A DNA stretch of 64,000 nucleotides from Chrysemys picta bellii. Lineage: Eukaryota. A model generated the notes under the pieces. That model ran no database searches. It saw only the letters and a program-made list of their open reading frames with translations, and was not told the origin of the DNA. The stretch lies in the NCBI RefSeq assembly GCF_011386835.1, contig NC_088792.1, forward strand, positions 243,102,001-243,166,000. The letters are read 5' to 3'. Shown here piece by piece: positions 37,524-50,954 of the stretch. Each line of letters begins with the position of its first letter. Position 1 is the stretch's first letter. The position numbers and the translations under genes were made by a program.

Positions 37524-37772
37524 TATTAAATAAAGATATGGGGATATACATTTTCTCTGATTAGTTACAGAATTTCCATTGTTCAGCAGGATCTATTGAA
37601 ACCCCCCCAAAATGGCCAAATGTTTCATGCAACCCCCAGAATGGAAAAATGTTTAGCCATGTACAAGGCTCTCTAGTCTTCCCTGAATTCATAACTTAAC
37701 AGGCCAAATTTCACTCCACTGTGATAGATGGTATTAGAACCCAATGTTGAACAAAATAATTGACCCTTCCTT

Positions 37773-39893
37773 CAGGTTGGATTGATTATAAATCACTGAT
37801 TTTAAGCATGATTTAAATCCGCATGCTGGAAATCTTGATTTAAATAATTGATTTTAATCATGTTTTGCATTTGTACTGCTTAATTATTTTCCTGAAGGAA
37901 GGTTATTTCTCATTTGTTGGTAACCATTAAAACATGTAGATTTGCGACTAAATATAGACTTCACACTAAATTCAGTGTCGCTCTTTGCTAATTAGGAGGA
38001 TACGCTATATTTATACACATTTATGTAAGCAGTTATATAGCTTATCTTATGTTTATTCAAATTCTTAATTTTTACATTATTTCATTATGTTAGAAAACAG
38101 TGAATGATGTATTTCTTATTTACTAGATTGTTTTTACTTGTGTGAAACTCTATTTGGATGGAAATTCAAATTAAATTAAAAAAAACCATTTAAATTTTTT
38201 TCATACATAAAATGAGTTTAAAAGTCATGAATACATAAGAAAGTTTAACAAAAGCTTATCAAAACATTTTTTGCATTTAAAACTAACTGATTTATCCAAC
38301 AAAATAAGTATCTGTAGTTAGTCAATTGAACTGATTATTTTGGGTTACTGTGTCCTTTAGGATTTTAAAATTTGTAGCGCTCATCGTCTCACACCTGGTT
38401 TTTATTCATAGAATCATAGAATCATAGAATATCAGAGTTGGAAGGGACCTCAAGAGGTCATCTAGTCCAACCCCCTGCTCAAAGCAGGACCAATTCCCAG
38501 CTAAATCATCCCAGCCAGGGCTTTGTCAAGCCGGGCCTTAAAAACCTCCAAGGAAGGAGACTCCACCACCTCCCTAGGTAATGCATTCCAGTGTTTCACC
38601 ACCCTCCTAGTGAAATAGTTTTTCCTGATATCCAACCTGGACCTCCCCCACCGCAACTTGAGACCATTGCTCCTTGTTCTGTCATCTGCCACCACTGAGA
38701 ACAGCCGAGCTCCATCCTCTTTGGAACCCCCCTTCAGGTAGTTGAAGGCTGCTATCAAATCCCCCCTCATTCTTCTCTTCTGGAGACTAAACAATCCCAG
38801 TTCTCTCAGCCTCTCCTCATAAGTCATGTGCTCCAGACCCCTAATCATTTTTGTTGCCCTCCGCTGGACTCTTTCCAATTTTTCCACATCCTTCTTGTAG
38901 TGTGGGGCCCAAAACTGGACACAGTATTCCAGATGAGGCCTCACCAATGTCGAATAAAGGGGAACGATCACGTTCCTCGATCTGCTGGCAATGCCCCTAC
39001 TTATACAGCCCAAAATGCCGTTAGCCTTCTTGGCAACAAGAGCACACTGTTGACTCATATCCAGCTTCTCGTCCACTGTGACCCCTAGGTCCTTTTCAGC
39101 AGAACTGCTACCTAGCCATTCGGTCCCTAGTCTGTAGCAGTGCATGGGATTCTTCCGTCCTAAGTGCAGGACTCTGCACTTGTCCTTGTTGAACCTCATC
39201 AGGTTTTTTTCTGCCCAATCCTCTAATTTGTCTAGGTCCCTCTGTATCCGATCCCTACCCTCTAGTGTATCTACCACGCCTCCTAGTTTAGTGTCATCTG
39301 CAAACTTGCTGAGAGTGCAGTCCACACCATCCTCCAGATCATTAATAAAGATATTAAACAAAACCGGCCCCAGGACCGACCCTTGGGGCACTCCACTTGA
39401 AACCGGCTGCCAACTAGACATGGAGCCATTGATCACTACCCGTTGAGCCCGACGTCATTGGACGAGGAAAACAAGTTTTCCTGGTTTTTCAAACCCTCTT
39501 GGCTTCTTAGCTTTGAATGAATTAGTCATTAAACGTAACTAGTTGAATAAAGTGTAATGAAGAAATTATTCTCTGTGCACCAGCAGTAGAGGCTACTAGT
39601 GTCAAAAGCTGGTTTAGCGCGTCGTCAAATTCTGGTTCCAGATGCTTAGCCAGTGACTTGCACCAGTTCAAAGGTTTGACTTTATTTAAAACTTGGTGGC
39701 AAACATAAAAAATATACATAATTAATATTTTTGTATTTAGTTTAAATGATTTTAATAGATCATAATAGATTTAGGCTTTAACCCAGATTGTCTATTTCAA
39801 ATTTAATTTTAAATAGGTTTATGTTTTAAAATAAAACTATATTTAATTTAAATGATGATTTTTGTAAATCAGTTTAATTTTTATTCATCTTTG
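37773..39893 (-). mobile_element. Old hAT element retaining a dimerisation-domain remnant, split by a CR1
   Basis: Minus-strand VKPLNWCKSLAKHL...LVASTAGAQRIISS (hAT C-terminal motif); degenerate CAGG termini with TAAATCA sub-repeats. Confidence 0.7.
38407..39453 (-). mobile_element. Young 5'-truncated CR1 LINE; 311 uninterrupted ORF2 codons
   Basis: [29 protein letters not shown], through to the natural stop; (ATTCTATG)n tail. Confidence 0.97.
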
Positions 39894-41214
39894 TTCCTTT
39901 GAGTACATTAGTGATTATCACCTACATTTTCTCTTGCATAAGGCAGCCTTCCTGATACCTATTGCCCCTGCCAGAAGAGCTAATGAGCTACAAGATTTTT
40001 ATGTCTTGTTCTCCTTTCTTAATGTTTTTCATTAGAAGATTAAATTTCTTTTAAATTTCACCCCAAAATGGCATTGAAATCCTAGATAAACCAATAGCTC
40101 AAATTCATTTTTCCCAATCTATAGATGTCATACAAAACCTCAGAATTTATAATGAGGGAAAACTGAGAGTGTAAAAAGGGTTTCTTTACATCTTTCTCAC
40201 TTATTACAAGACATCCAAAGCGGAACCCACCTCTAAGTGGGATGTCTTCATTAGTATTATGAAGATGTCAGGCGTGGCTCCATAGTTAAACATGTTTTCT
40301 GTTTTGCACTTAGAGCAGAGATTCAACCTTGTTTATGTGTTAAATATACAGAATATTCTCTCCAAAACTTAGTGCTTCCTCTTTGAGCTCAGAAAATTTA
40401 AGTATATCCAGAATTGAGTTATAATTAATTTAAAAATGGGTTCTTGAAGTAATTTAACGTTAGATTTTTTTTGTCCCAAATAATCTTAGTAACATCATAG
40501 CACAATCTTCAAACTTTCCATATAGAGAAGATACAATTTTTTAAAAAGGCTGATACATATCTTAAAACAATTAGAAATATCTTATGGTAGCATTCGCTTT
40601 GGATTTCTTGTTTAGTGTTTGTGTATGACATTTTTGTAATAAAAAAAGGGAAATTCTAAGACAAAAGGACTACATCAAGATTTGAAATGTATTTAAGGTT
40701 CATAAACAACCTTAACTCTGCCCTGTAAGATGAGAGGGGAAACCAATGAAAACTATTTTTAAAGATGCAGCTAATCTGAGACCACAAATACTAAAATCCC
40801 TACAACATAAGTGGTGGTATTGTCTGACCTTGCTACAGATGACTGTTAAGATTATTTATTTTCATCCTTAATGTGTTTGCATTTCTTTTAAGTATAATTT
40901 AAGTGTAAGTCCAAATTTTCTGGATTTGTAATGCTTGGTTTTTCTTTGAGTGCTTGCTCGTGTTCATTCCATTCTGCAACATGCACCGTATCATGGCACA
41001 GAAAGTCATCGCCCTCGTGCAGATCCCCAGCCTGACAGTCCTATTGAGTTCAATACAGATGTTTAATTGGAATTATTTTTTAGACTCTTTTAGACAAATG
41101 GGTTAAAATGTAGGGCAGGTTTTTTTTGTTTGTTTTTAACTGGTCTAGTAATACTCTTATTATTTAATAATCTTCAGAGTTGGGATCTGTATGTTAGTGG
41201 CAGAAAATTATCAA

Positions 41215-41428
41215 GTATCAGAGGGGTAGCCGTGTTAGTCTGGATCTGTAAAAAGCAACAGAGAGTCCTGTGGCACCTTTAAGACTAACAGATGTATTGG
41301 AGCATCAGATGTATTGGAGCATCGGATGACATGCATCCGACAAAGTAGGCATTCACCCACGAAAGCTGATGCTCCAATACATCTGTTAGCCTTAAAGGTG
41401 CCACAGGACTCTCTGTTGCTTTTTACAG
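41215..41428. mobile_element. Fold-back Penelope pseudo-LTR derivative with a decayed hammerhead motif (41333-41372)
   Basis: 63-bp inverted arms 41246-41308 and 41366-41428 (62/63); core reads CCGACAA...GAAAGCTG. Confidence 0.85.
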
Positions 41429-41814
41429 AAAATTCAGTGACTTTATATTTTTTTAATTTATTTATTATTTTGTATTTACTACCTACTTAGATCCACATTT
41501 TCCCTCCTTCCTACTGGTAGGAGATAGTCAAGAATTGAGCACAAGTTTTGTATATCTAATAGTTTTAGCTCCCTGTACCTTGTAAAGCATGTATCCGGGT
41601 TCACAGTCCAGAATTTAGTTATAGCTTCTTTAAACATTTTGGGTTTGTGAAACCGGCACAAGATTCCAAAAATGCACCATGGGAACAATAAGCTTGGAGA
41701 AGTCCAAGTAAATAATCTATCTGAAGCACTAAGCCTGTATGGAGCCAATAGTATATATGCTAGAAACTACTTAATCTAACCATTTCTTTTGCAGTAGGTA
41801 TTAGGAGTCTATAA

Positions 41815-41889
41815 CCTCAGTGTAAATTGACATAACTGCATTGACTTGAGTGGGTGCTCTGCTGAATGATAACCAGCTGAGGATCTGGC
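41815..41889. repeat. Old palindromic MITE-like repeat
   Basis: cctcagtgtaaatt ... accagctgaggatctggc; same type as 47091. Confidence 0.5.
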
Positions 41890-42040
41890 ACTATGTTTTT
41901 TCTCCAACAAACTACATAATTGTTCAAAACCTCACACACCCTTAATTGGAATCCCTGATTTTCTGTAAAACCATGCCAATTTTTATGTTTAGCTGTCCAC
42001 TATCTACACTGAAGTTGCAGTGACACATGGAGATTCTTGG

Positions 42041-42109
42041 GGTGAAATCCTGGCTCTACTGAAGTGAATGGGAGTTTTGCCATTGACTCAGTGAGTCCAG
42101 GATTTCATC
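42041..42109. repeat. Old palindromic MITE-like repeat
   Basis: ggtgaaatcctgg ... ccaggatttcatc arms around a gaagtgaatgg/ccattgact core. Confidence 0.65.
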
Positions 42110-42680
42110 ATTTATCTGTCATCAAGTGTCCTGAGGTTTCAACAGCGGAGTTCCATAAATGCTTGCCATATTCCAGATGTCTTTTGCTGACCTATCCCCG
42201 TCCTAGAAATTTACAGTGTGACTTATATCAGCAAAAGTTGTATGTAAAGCTGGACTCCTATTTATGGACTCTACAGTGTACATAATCAAACATGATGATG
42301 TAACCCATGTGATTTTAGGGTTCCCTGCTCTGAGGGAATAGAAAGCAGCAAAATAATAGAAATGCATCTTATTTAAATCAAATCTTAATTAATTACTTTA
42401 TTCAGCAAGCTAGTTCGTAAAATTACAAATTGGCAAAACCTGAAGACTTAGAAGAAATAGAAGATGTATCCGTAATATACATATATTAGAATAAATCTAT
42501 ATATAACTTTTTCTTCAAGTAGCAGAGAAAACGGTGTGTGTGTATATATGTATATGTATGTGTGTGTGTATATAGTGTGTAGAATTTTTATATGTAATAT
42601 ATCTTTGTACAAAATATTTTTAGTATGTTTTTGTGGGGGAAACTATTTAATGCTGAATTTATTCTTTTTTCCCTTTGTAG

Positions 42681-42818
42681 TGGAGGGGGTGAAAGAACAA
42701 TTGAAACTCTCCTTAGAAAACAAGAGTGGCATGGTGCAAACAGGTGAACTGACAGTTGTGCTTGATGGTTTGGTTGTTGAACAAGAATCTCTTACAAACC
42801 GCAGTTCACCAGCAGCCA
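42681..42818 (+). CDS. WWP1: WWP1 coding exon 4, end of C2 domain (LEGVKEQLKLSLENKSGMVQTGELTVVLDGLVVEQESLTNRSSPAA)
   Basis: ccctttgtAG acceptor, GTAAGT donor, 138 nt. Confidence 0.96.
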
Positions 42819-42908
42819 GTAAGTTAAATTAGTAAAATAAAACCCATATGTTTTTGTTAACATTTTAAAAGAAGAAAAAATATATTTAATGTATTTCTTA
42901 TTGTTTAG

Positions 42909-42975
42909 TAGAAGTCCAGCAAAATGGTGATGCTATACATGAAAACAGAGAAATTTTGGCAAGAACTACATCCAG
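42909..42975 (+). CDS. WWP1: WWP1 coding exon 5 (IEVQQNGDAIHENREILARTTSR)
   Basis: ttgtttAG acceptor after a 90-bp intron, GTTTGA donor, 67 nt; resembles the IEIQENGDALHENGE segment of WWP1. Confidence 0.9.
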
Positions 42976-45438
42976 GTTTGAATTTATTATTATTTTTTTA
43001 CTTTTTGCAGTATTTGAAGTATAATGGCTATTGTTTCATTTTAAATGACATAATTGAATTTTGCACAGGGGACCAGGTTTTGACTTTCAGGCCTACACTC
43101 CCATGGACTCCGTTTGTAGTGTTGCTTGAGTAAGGAAGGATTGCAGCACCAAGGGCCCAGTGCTGTAAATTTGCACATGACTAACTTTATTCATGTGGGT
43201 GTTCCATTGAGTTCATGTGGATTACTTAGATTAGGTGAATGTAGCTGTTCAGCTTACATCTCTGTTCTTCTGCTGGTAATAGGGTAGCTTGTGCCTTGTT
43301 CTCCAGGTAAGTGGTCAACCTCTTGATGGTTTAGTTTAGTCTTCTGCCAAAACATATAAGTCCATCTGACCAAACATAGAGTCCACCTGGCTTTGAAATC
43401 TGTGAAGTGCTGCACTGGAGCTCAGTGGATCAGGAACTGTGAATCTGGTATTGAGTGCTGAGCTCCTTGCTACCTCCTGCTGCTGTGTAAGAGCCAGGCG
43501 TAGTGCCTTTCTACTACCTTCCTCCTTTAAAATGCTATTGCAAGAGAGGAGGGAAGAAAAGGGCCTGTGTCCCCCATCCGGTCTTCTCCCTCCCCCCTCC
43601 CAACTAGCTCTTTCAAGGCCTGATCTGGTGCCCATTGAAGTCAATGGAAGGACTCCCATTGACTTAAATAGTTATTGAAAAAAGCCTTCAAAGCAAAGAA
43701 CTTGCCCACCTAAACCTGAAATGGGGAAGAGAGCCTTGAGTTTGATGTAGAGAGACCCACAAGCTTCATCTAAGAACAAAGGGCTCCAGGAGAATAATAG
43801 AAACAGGCCACACTTGGTCCTCAAACAGCAGTAGAAGGGGAACAAGGAGTTCATTACTAAAACTAGCTTTATTGTTACTGGACCACCCAGCAACCTTGCA
43901 GTGATTTCCTTACCTTGCTACTTTCCTTCCATGTGTGTGGTTTTGCTCCCTCTCAGCTGCTACAGATCTGGGGGATGGACACAAGTTCTTCCCTGCCCAT
44001 CCCACTGCTGTCCCCTTTATATGTGGAGGTTTGTCTCTGGATCCCCTTGGCCACTAAATATTACTGGGGTGAGGACTCAAAAGTGTTATTCCCTAGCTTT
44101 CTCTAGCATCTTGGGGACTATAATTTTCTTCCTCCTCCTTCCATCTTCAAAAAATCTGGGGCAATCTCTTGTGGAAAGGATCAGCTATACCTTCACAGTC
44201 CTCCGTCCTGATCTCTTTGGATGTTTGATCTTTGAAGCAGCAGTATTCCCTTGTCTTCAGACAATTTGTGTTGCCCCTAATGCTGCTTTTGTACTTGGCC
44301 CTACCCTGTTGATGTGTTAACTTACCTTAAATTAAAACTGAAAATTGATAATAACACGAATAGGACACTTCAAAAAAAAATTTCTAACATAATTTTAAAA
44401 ATAATATTCTGATTACAAAGCTCTTTACTGAAAAATAAATACACCTTAGCTCCACTGATTTGAAAACAAACCAATTATTTTTACCTCTGGTTTAGATGTA
44501 TTCTGTAGATGTCAGAAAAATCAAATAAGATTTCTAGGTTAGAATAAAAAATAACCGAAAACAAAAGCTGAGTCTTGTTGTTGTTTGATTTATCAGTAAC
44601 TTAAGTGAATTGATGTTGCTGTTTTATAACAAAGAAATGTTTGTTTTAATTATTATTTAATTATTCTCCACTAAGCCTACTTTTCTGTGACTTGGTCTGT
44701 GACAGCACAGGCACATTGGGTCTTCCTTCCTAACTCTAGTAGGCAGGATGATCAACCACCTCTTCCAGCATTTTTCTGTTCTCAAGGGCTCCCTCATCTG
44801 CTTGATTTCTGCTTCAATGCAGCACGCATGAAGGTGACCTCTGTGACTGCCATTTGTCCCCAGAAAAGGCTAAAACAATATTTAGGGGTCGGGAAGAGTG
44901 GAACAGCATCTCAAAATATGGTGTTTTCCTTAAGTATTTATTTCCCTCTTACTAAGAGAAATCTTTGCTACCTCATTTGTTAGACGGTAACTACTGTGAA
45001 GTAATTTCGAGAGCTGTGACTGACAAAACCAGCTGTCAGCATGCCTAAAGGAGGAAAGAAGCTCATCTGATGGGATGGGGTTCTCTCCAGAGAAGCAGCT
45101 GGGCCATTTTTGGGAACTCTAGTAGCCAAACTTGCCAGCTCAACTCAGTTGTAATGCCATACTGGGGGGAAAATAAATGGAATTTAAAAATCCAGTTGAT
45201 AAGTATCTGAGTTAAAATTACAAAAATAAGCTCCCTTACCCCCATAATTGGTTTAGTTTTACGTATCTGAACTATTATCTACACCCACCAACGGAATAAT
45301 ATTAAAACCTTGCCACTCAGTTTACTTTGGTGTATTTTGTATCAGATCTTTCAGCATGTTTCAGTGTAGACCTTTGTTTTCTATAGTTATGTTTAACATA
45401 CTGTTTGTATTAATCAAAATCCTCTTTATTTTGCCAAG

Positions 45439-45620
45439 ATCTACCTGTGACATGTCTAATGGAATAGACAATCAAACTCCTTTAAACTCTGTAATACAGA
45501 ATGCATTCTGTATACATGCTGTTAATGGAGACAGCACTTCATCTCCTTCTCATGTTGCAGTCAGTCCCAAAATTACACCAGTACCAAAACCACTTTCAAC
45601 CCAGCCTGCCAACAACACTG
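45439..45620 (+). CDS. WWP1: WWP1 coding exon 6, linker (STCDMSNGIDNQTPLNSVIQNAFCIHAVNGDSTSSPSHVAVSPKITPVPKPLSTQPANNT)
   Basis: ttttgccaAG acceptor, GTAAGA donor, 182 nt, phases 2 and 1 fit the neighbours; NGID and VNGD motifs of the WWP1 linker. Confidence 0.9.
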
Positions 45621-47090
45621 GTAAGAAATGAGCATGTTATAAAACACTGTTCAGTAAGGCTTTTCTATTTAGTTAAAATCATGTAGTCCAACTTTTGATT
45701 GTTTATCTGTCTTTTGCTACATATATCTGAGATAAAACCTGTAATCCTATTTTCACTTCTCCATGATAAATATAAATCTTAGAATTTTTCCACTTCCTTG
45801 AGTCATTTCAGAACACATCAATTTGGAGCACAATATTTTACCTATTTTGTTTTCCTTAAGAGACATCTTGTCATCAAGGAAGGCCTCTATGCCTGAACCA
45901 GACCATTGAATCATAGCACTGATTGTCTAGAGGAAAGAGTCTGACTTCCTTTATTGGCTCATTTCAAAAACGTTTTTCTAGTGGAGGTGAGAGACAGTAA
46001 GTGGATTTCCTGACTGCAAAGAAATGGAAGTACGTTTCCCAACAAGAAGTACTTTCCAACAAAAATCTGCAAAGGCAAAGACAGAAACAATGTAACAAAT
46101 TTATGAGGACTTTAAATTTCTCTAGTAGCAGGACCCGCTTGTGTCACTGTAGTTCAGCATTTCTGTTGCCATTTATATAAACCTGTTTTGCAGTGGTATG
46201 CAAATCAAGTAACGAATCTGCTTTGGGATGAAATATATTTTAGAATTCTCAGCCCAGGATCACTTAAGTACCAATTATTTCTAAAGGGACGTTGATAATT
46301 TTAAATTTGATTTCCATCTGGAAATTTTGTACTGACTATTGTTGCAAGTAACCTCTAAGAGTAATATAGTAGAAAGATATTAGAGATTTTTTTTTTCATT
46401 TTATTACTTTGTGCATTTGAATGAATTTTACATATAATCAGTGTTGCCATTTTGCCAATGGTGCATGCCCTTCCTCAGGTTCTGTGAAAGAGTGTTTGAG
46501 TAACAGGAACAAGTGAAGATGAACAGACTAAAAGCAGGGGTGTTATTATCTGGCATTCCCAAAAGACCTTTCTATCCATAACAGGGGAACAGAAAAACCC
46601 TCAGTTTTTTAAAGTTACTAAAAAAAAAAAATCCTTCAGGACTTGGTATTTAAGGGGTACACTACTTAAAGGGTACTCTATTAGAAAACAGATCTTAAAA
46701 AAATAATTAAAGAAAATCCAAGTTGACTCTGTACCTTTAAGCTGAGGTCCAAAAGTCATAGATACTATATAATTTAATGTGCTTTCTTGTGTTATTATTG
46801 CTAAATGAGATAAGGAGCCTCCAAAGAGTGCTAAGTTGATACAGGAAGTGGGTTGGTGGAAATCTCTCAAGTCTGTACTGAGTCATATTCTAGCATAGTG
46901 ATAGAAGATGCAGTTTTGCTGGATGTGCCTTTTCCTGAGTGACACAAAACTGAGGTCCCTACTGCTTGTGGTATAAAATTAATTACAAGTGTTATTACAT
47001 TATAAAAGGTAACATTTTGTCAATCTTAGACAGTGTTGGATAATAATTCTATAGAGATTCTGTCAAAATTGTCATTTTTAAACCCATTGA

Positions 47091-47167
47091 GGCAGATTCT
47101 CAGCTGATGTAAACTTTCATAGTTCTTTTGTGGAGCTATGATAATTGACACCAGCTGAGCATCTGCC
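47091..47167. repeat. Old palindromic MITE-like repeat
   Basis: ggcagattctcagctg ... cagctgagcatctgcc arms. Confidence 0.7.
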
Positions 47168-50100
47168 CCAATTATTTTACCACTTCTAACTCCCTTTTCC
47201 CATCCCATTCAACTATTTTTGTGGGGCTCAAAATTCCTCTTTAGTTGATTAGTTGGGCTAGTTTTAACAAAAAGGTAATTTTTTTTAAAAATTGGCAAGT
47301 GTGAAGGAAATTGGTGAAATTGTCTGATGTTTTGAAAGATAAACATGCTATCTGAATTCTGCAGATCTAATTCTCTTGTGCAGCATGCACCACAGCAGCT
47401 GTGAGCTCATAACCATTAGGATATTTGTGATCATTGCAGCTACATGCTTGTGTCTTTGCAGATACAAATGTTTGATATTAGGGTACATAAATAATTATAT
47501 CTCATCTGACATCAGTTCCTTTCCTGATTCCTTCTGGCTCAATTGTGGCATTATTACAAGCCCTGTGTTAGGGGCAGCTTGTTGTGCTGCCTTTGGAGAA
47601 GCCTAAAAGGGAGATTGACTTCCCCAATCACAGTCCCCTTCCCAGTTTTCCCATTGCGCTAAGGAAAAAGTATGCTGTGCCTCGTCTATACCTTTGCAGG
47701 ATACAAACCCAGCACTGCAGTGTAGGTATGCTGCCAGGTGCATCGAGAGGGTTGAAGCCCCCTTCTCACTCTTGCTCAAAGAGGGGAGTGTAGTTATTCT
47801 GCAGTGCCTGTGACGCCCTGCATGCTATAAATGGTGGCACAGTGAACTAGCGTAAAGGTGTTCCAAAAGCAACCTCTGCCCCTCATTTCTCTACCCATGC
47901 TTTACATATGGGCCAGCAATGAGTCCCTCTACACATTAACCTTAACTGTGTTCCCTTGTGCATATGCACTGCTGATAAGTTCTTTGTTACATAATGAAAA
48001 ACTTCCCACTTTGCTGGCCTGTATTTCTAGCCTTCTTGGGAAGATGGACTGGCATAAGTTAGATATAAGAAGTAGAGGACAGATTCTGACTGGTAATTTA
48101 AGAACAGATGTACAGAATTAAAGTGAATGTTGGTTTCTTAAAGGGGTGCTGTCACCTTATTTTAGACCCCAGCTTAAAACCCAGTCCTGCACTTGTGCAT
48201 GTGAGTAAGGTTATAGATTTGAATTCAAAAGCATACCATTCCCATGCAGTGTTTGTGATCCAGATGTTGCAGAATTATGGTAGAGAACCATAGCGTGAAA
48301 ATGACTAGAAAGTGACTGTAAGCAAAAGTAAAATTGTCTGGTCTGTTTTTATTGTCTAAGCTTACATATAGTGTAGAAAAGTAACAAACAGCACAAATGG
48401 TGAAAAGTAAAGTAAATTCTTTCTTTTAATAATCTAAGGTTTTAGTAGCACAGATGAAGGAATATTTTAAAATATATATGAATTTTAACCTAATAGTGTC
48501 CATTAAACTTGGAATTTTCTGAATTGAGTCTTCATAGACTATCCTTTTGCGCTAGTCACTGTACAAATACATAAAAATATACTTTCTGCTCTAGAGAGTT
48601 TACAAATTGAAGATCTTAAATCAAAATTCCAGTTGATGTGATAGATTGCTTTAACATGGCAATAATCCAGAAATGATACAATATTTTGATGTTGCATTTT
48701 ATTATGTATGTGATGCATAATTATTAGATCACTGGATTACTCTTGTGAATAGTACGTTTCAGTCTCTGTAACAAAGCTACCAAGATGAATAAAAAAATAT
48801 GCCAAAGAAAAAGTCTGTATTGATTTATGAAGTCAATACCTATAATTTCTATTGAGATCCTTTGGCTCAGCTAAAGCAGCATTGCCTTGTACATGAACTT
48901 GATAAGATTTTAAATTTTCTGGTTAAAAATGACTTATCCAAATATGACACATTGTAGCAGAATACAATGTCACATTTATGTGTAACTGAACAGACAAAAA
49001 ATTACATTAGTCTCAAGGATATAAATTACTATTTTTATTTTATGACACTAAACTGTATAAACCCAACATTTTAAGGTTGTTGATTTTGGGTGGAGGCAGG
49101 CAAGGTTAATTTTATTTAAGTTGGGCATAGGTGCAGCTCTTAATATTTTACTTTGAAACCACTATAAGAAATCAGCAATTATTTTGTAGTTTTTTCCTCA
49201 GACAAATATTTAATGAACTTCTTATTTGAACTGGAAGTATTCACAGGTAATTTTTAGGCCTGCCATAATTAGGTTTTCTCGTCACAGTTTCCTTTCCTGT
49301 TTTCTCACTTGCGGCAAGGGCAGTTTTGAAATAGTTTTTCTACTTAAAAGCTTTACAAGAACTGTTGGTGCTATTTGCTTCCACCAAACCACATTACCTT
49401 TTTCCTTTTGGCAATGCTTTCCTTTAGTAATTGACAGAAGGTTCTGTTACCAGAAATGCAGATTCAGTAAGGTGGCGGTCAGGAAGATCTTATTGCAGTA
49501 GTAAGTCTTTGTTTATATATTTTGTGTTTAATGTGCTCTGCTGGGCTAACTAATTGATAGAAGAAAAAGTGATATCTGTAACCCTTATATTAGCTTCTGC
49601 TTGTTTACCTGATAGGACATTTCGATGTAATTTCTATACAGGCAAAAATATGTATACTTCTAACAGCAACTGTAAAAAATACATTTCTTGTTCTATGTAG
49701 CCTGTGTTTGTCAGGTAAATATACATTTAAATTAATATAATTTTAAAAGGCTTGTTAACTTTAACTTCAAATGTAGTTGTTGTTTTCATTATTAAAACCT
49801 TCGAAGAGGTGGATTTTTGTTTCATTGCCGAGTTGGTAGTTTAAAAAAAAATTGTAAATATTTTTTGGCCACAAAGCAAGCAGAATGAGCCCAGAAAGTT
49901 ATCCAAGTGGACATTAAAGGCTGTTATCAATTGATATCTTTCATACTCCGCCTTCTTTTATTCTTCCTTTAAAATTCTCTTACAGTCTCATAGTGATAAA
50001 GATTCTCTTTTAAAACCAATTCCACTTGGAAGTTTCAAGAGCAAATTGTTTGTATTTTCCTTTGGGGACTTGAAGCAAGGTGCCCACCGTCTGCTAGCTT

Positions 50101-50954
50101 ACCGAACACATCTTACTATCCCACTAAACAAGCTGCCAGGAAACTGAAAAGTTACTACTACTTCAAGTGGCTCTGCATATTCCCACCTGTGGGCAATAAA
50201 GCAACCAGTGCAGTCTAACAGAACCTTCTTCAAGCAATGTAGTTCACTACTTTCACTACTGTGCGAACAACAGGATCAACAATTATCTAAGGCAGGAAAA
50301 AAAATCCTATACCTGCACCCCCAGAACAGTTCACTTCGATCTGGTGCAGGTTTTGGAAGAACTGAGGCAGTAGGGGATGCAACGTGCCATTATACAGCCT
50401 TTCGCTCAGAATGTTTGAAGACACTGAGGAGAGGAGTAGGATGAGGTATATGTGCGCTCTAACAGGCATTCATGTTCAAGAATTATGGAATTGAACCTCT
50501 CTCTGGATCCAATGATGCCTACGCCTGTAAGACTTCCACAATTGCCCATTCCTGTTTCAGTGCTGATGTCTAATCTGAAGACCATTACTGTCATGGCAGA
50601 TGTTCACCGTTCAAGATCTGATCATCAGACCTGAGTGAGAGATCATTGGGGGAGAAGAAGAGAAAGATTTCATCTGTTCAGAGTTTTAAATCCCCTTCAC
50701 TTAGAAAGATGAGTAGAATAGAAGATATTGAGTCTTTTTCCAGATCCATCTTTGCCCCCACCTCCTAAGACTCCAACAGGACCTCCAGGCAAATCCTTCT
50801 TATCTTTGGTCTCTGTATCCTCTTGTGAGATCCATAGCAGATCCAAGGTTGGATCCACAGTTAGACGAGGTTAGAGGGGGAGTTGAAAGACCTGAATTGT
50901 CCAGATTTATGCTACTGAAGTCTTTTGGACAGTTTGTGCTTCCTCATCCTGTAG

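Noticed and set aside
43336-43893. Minus-strand ORFs with a faint DIRS recombinase-like look
   Set aside because: Similarity is too weak to call by eye; certainly not an intact gene.
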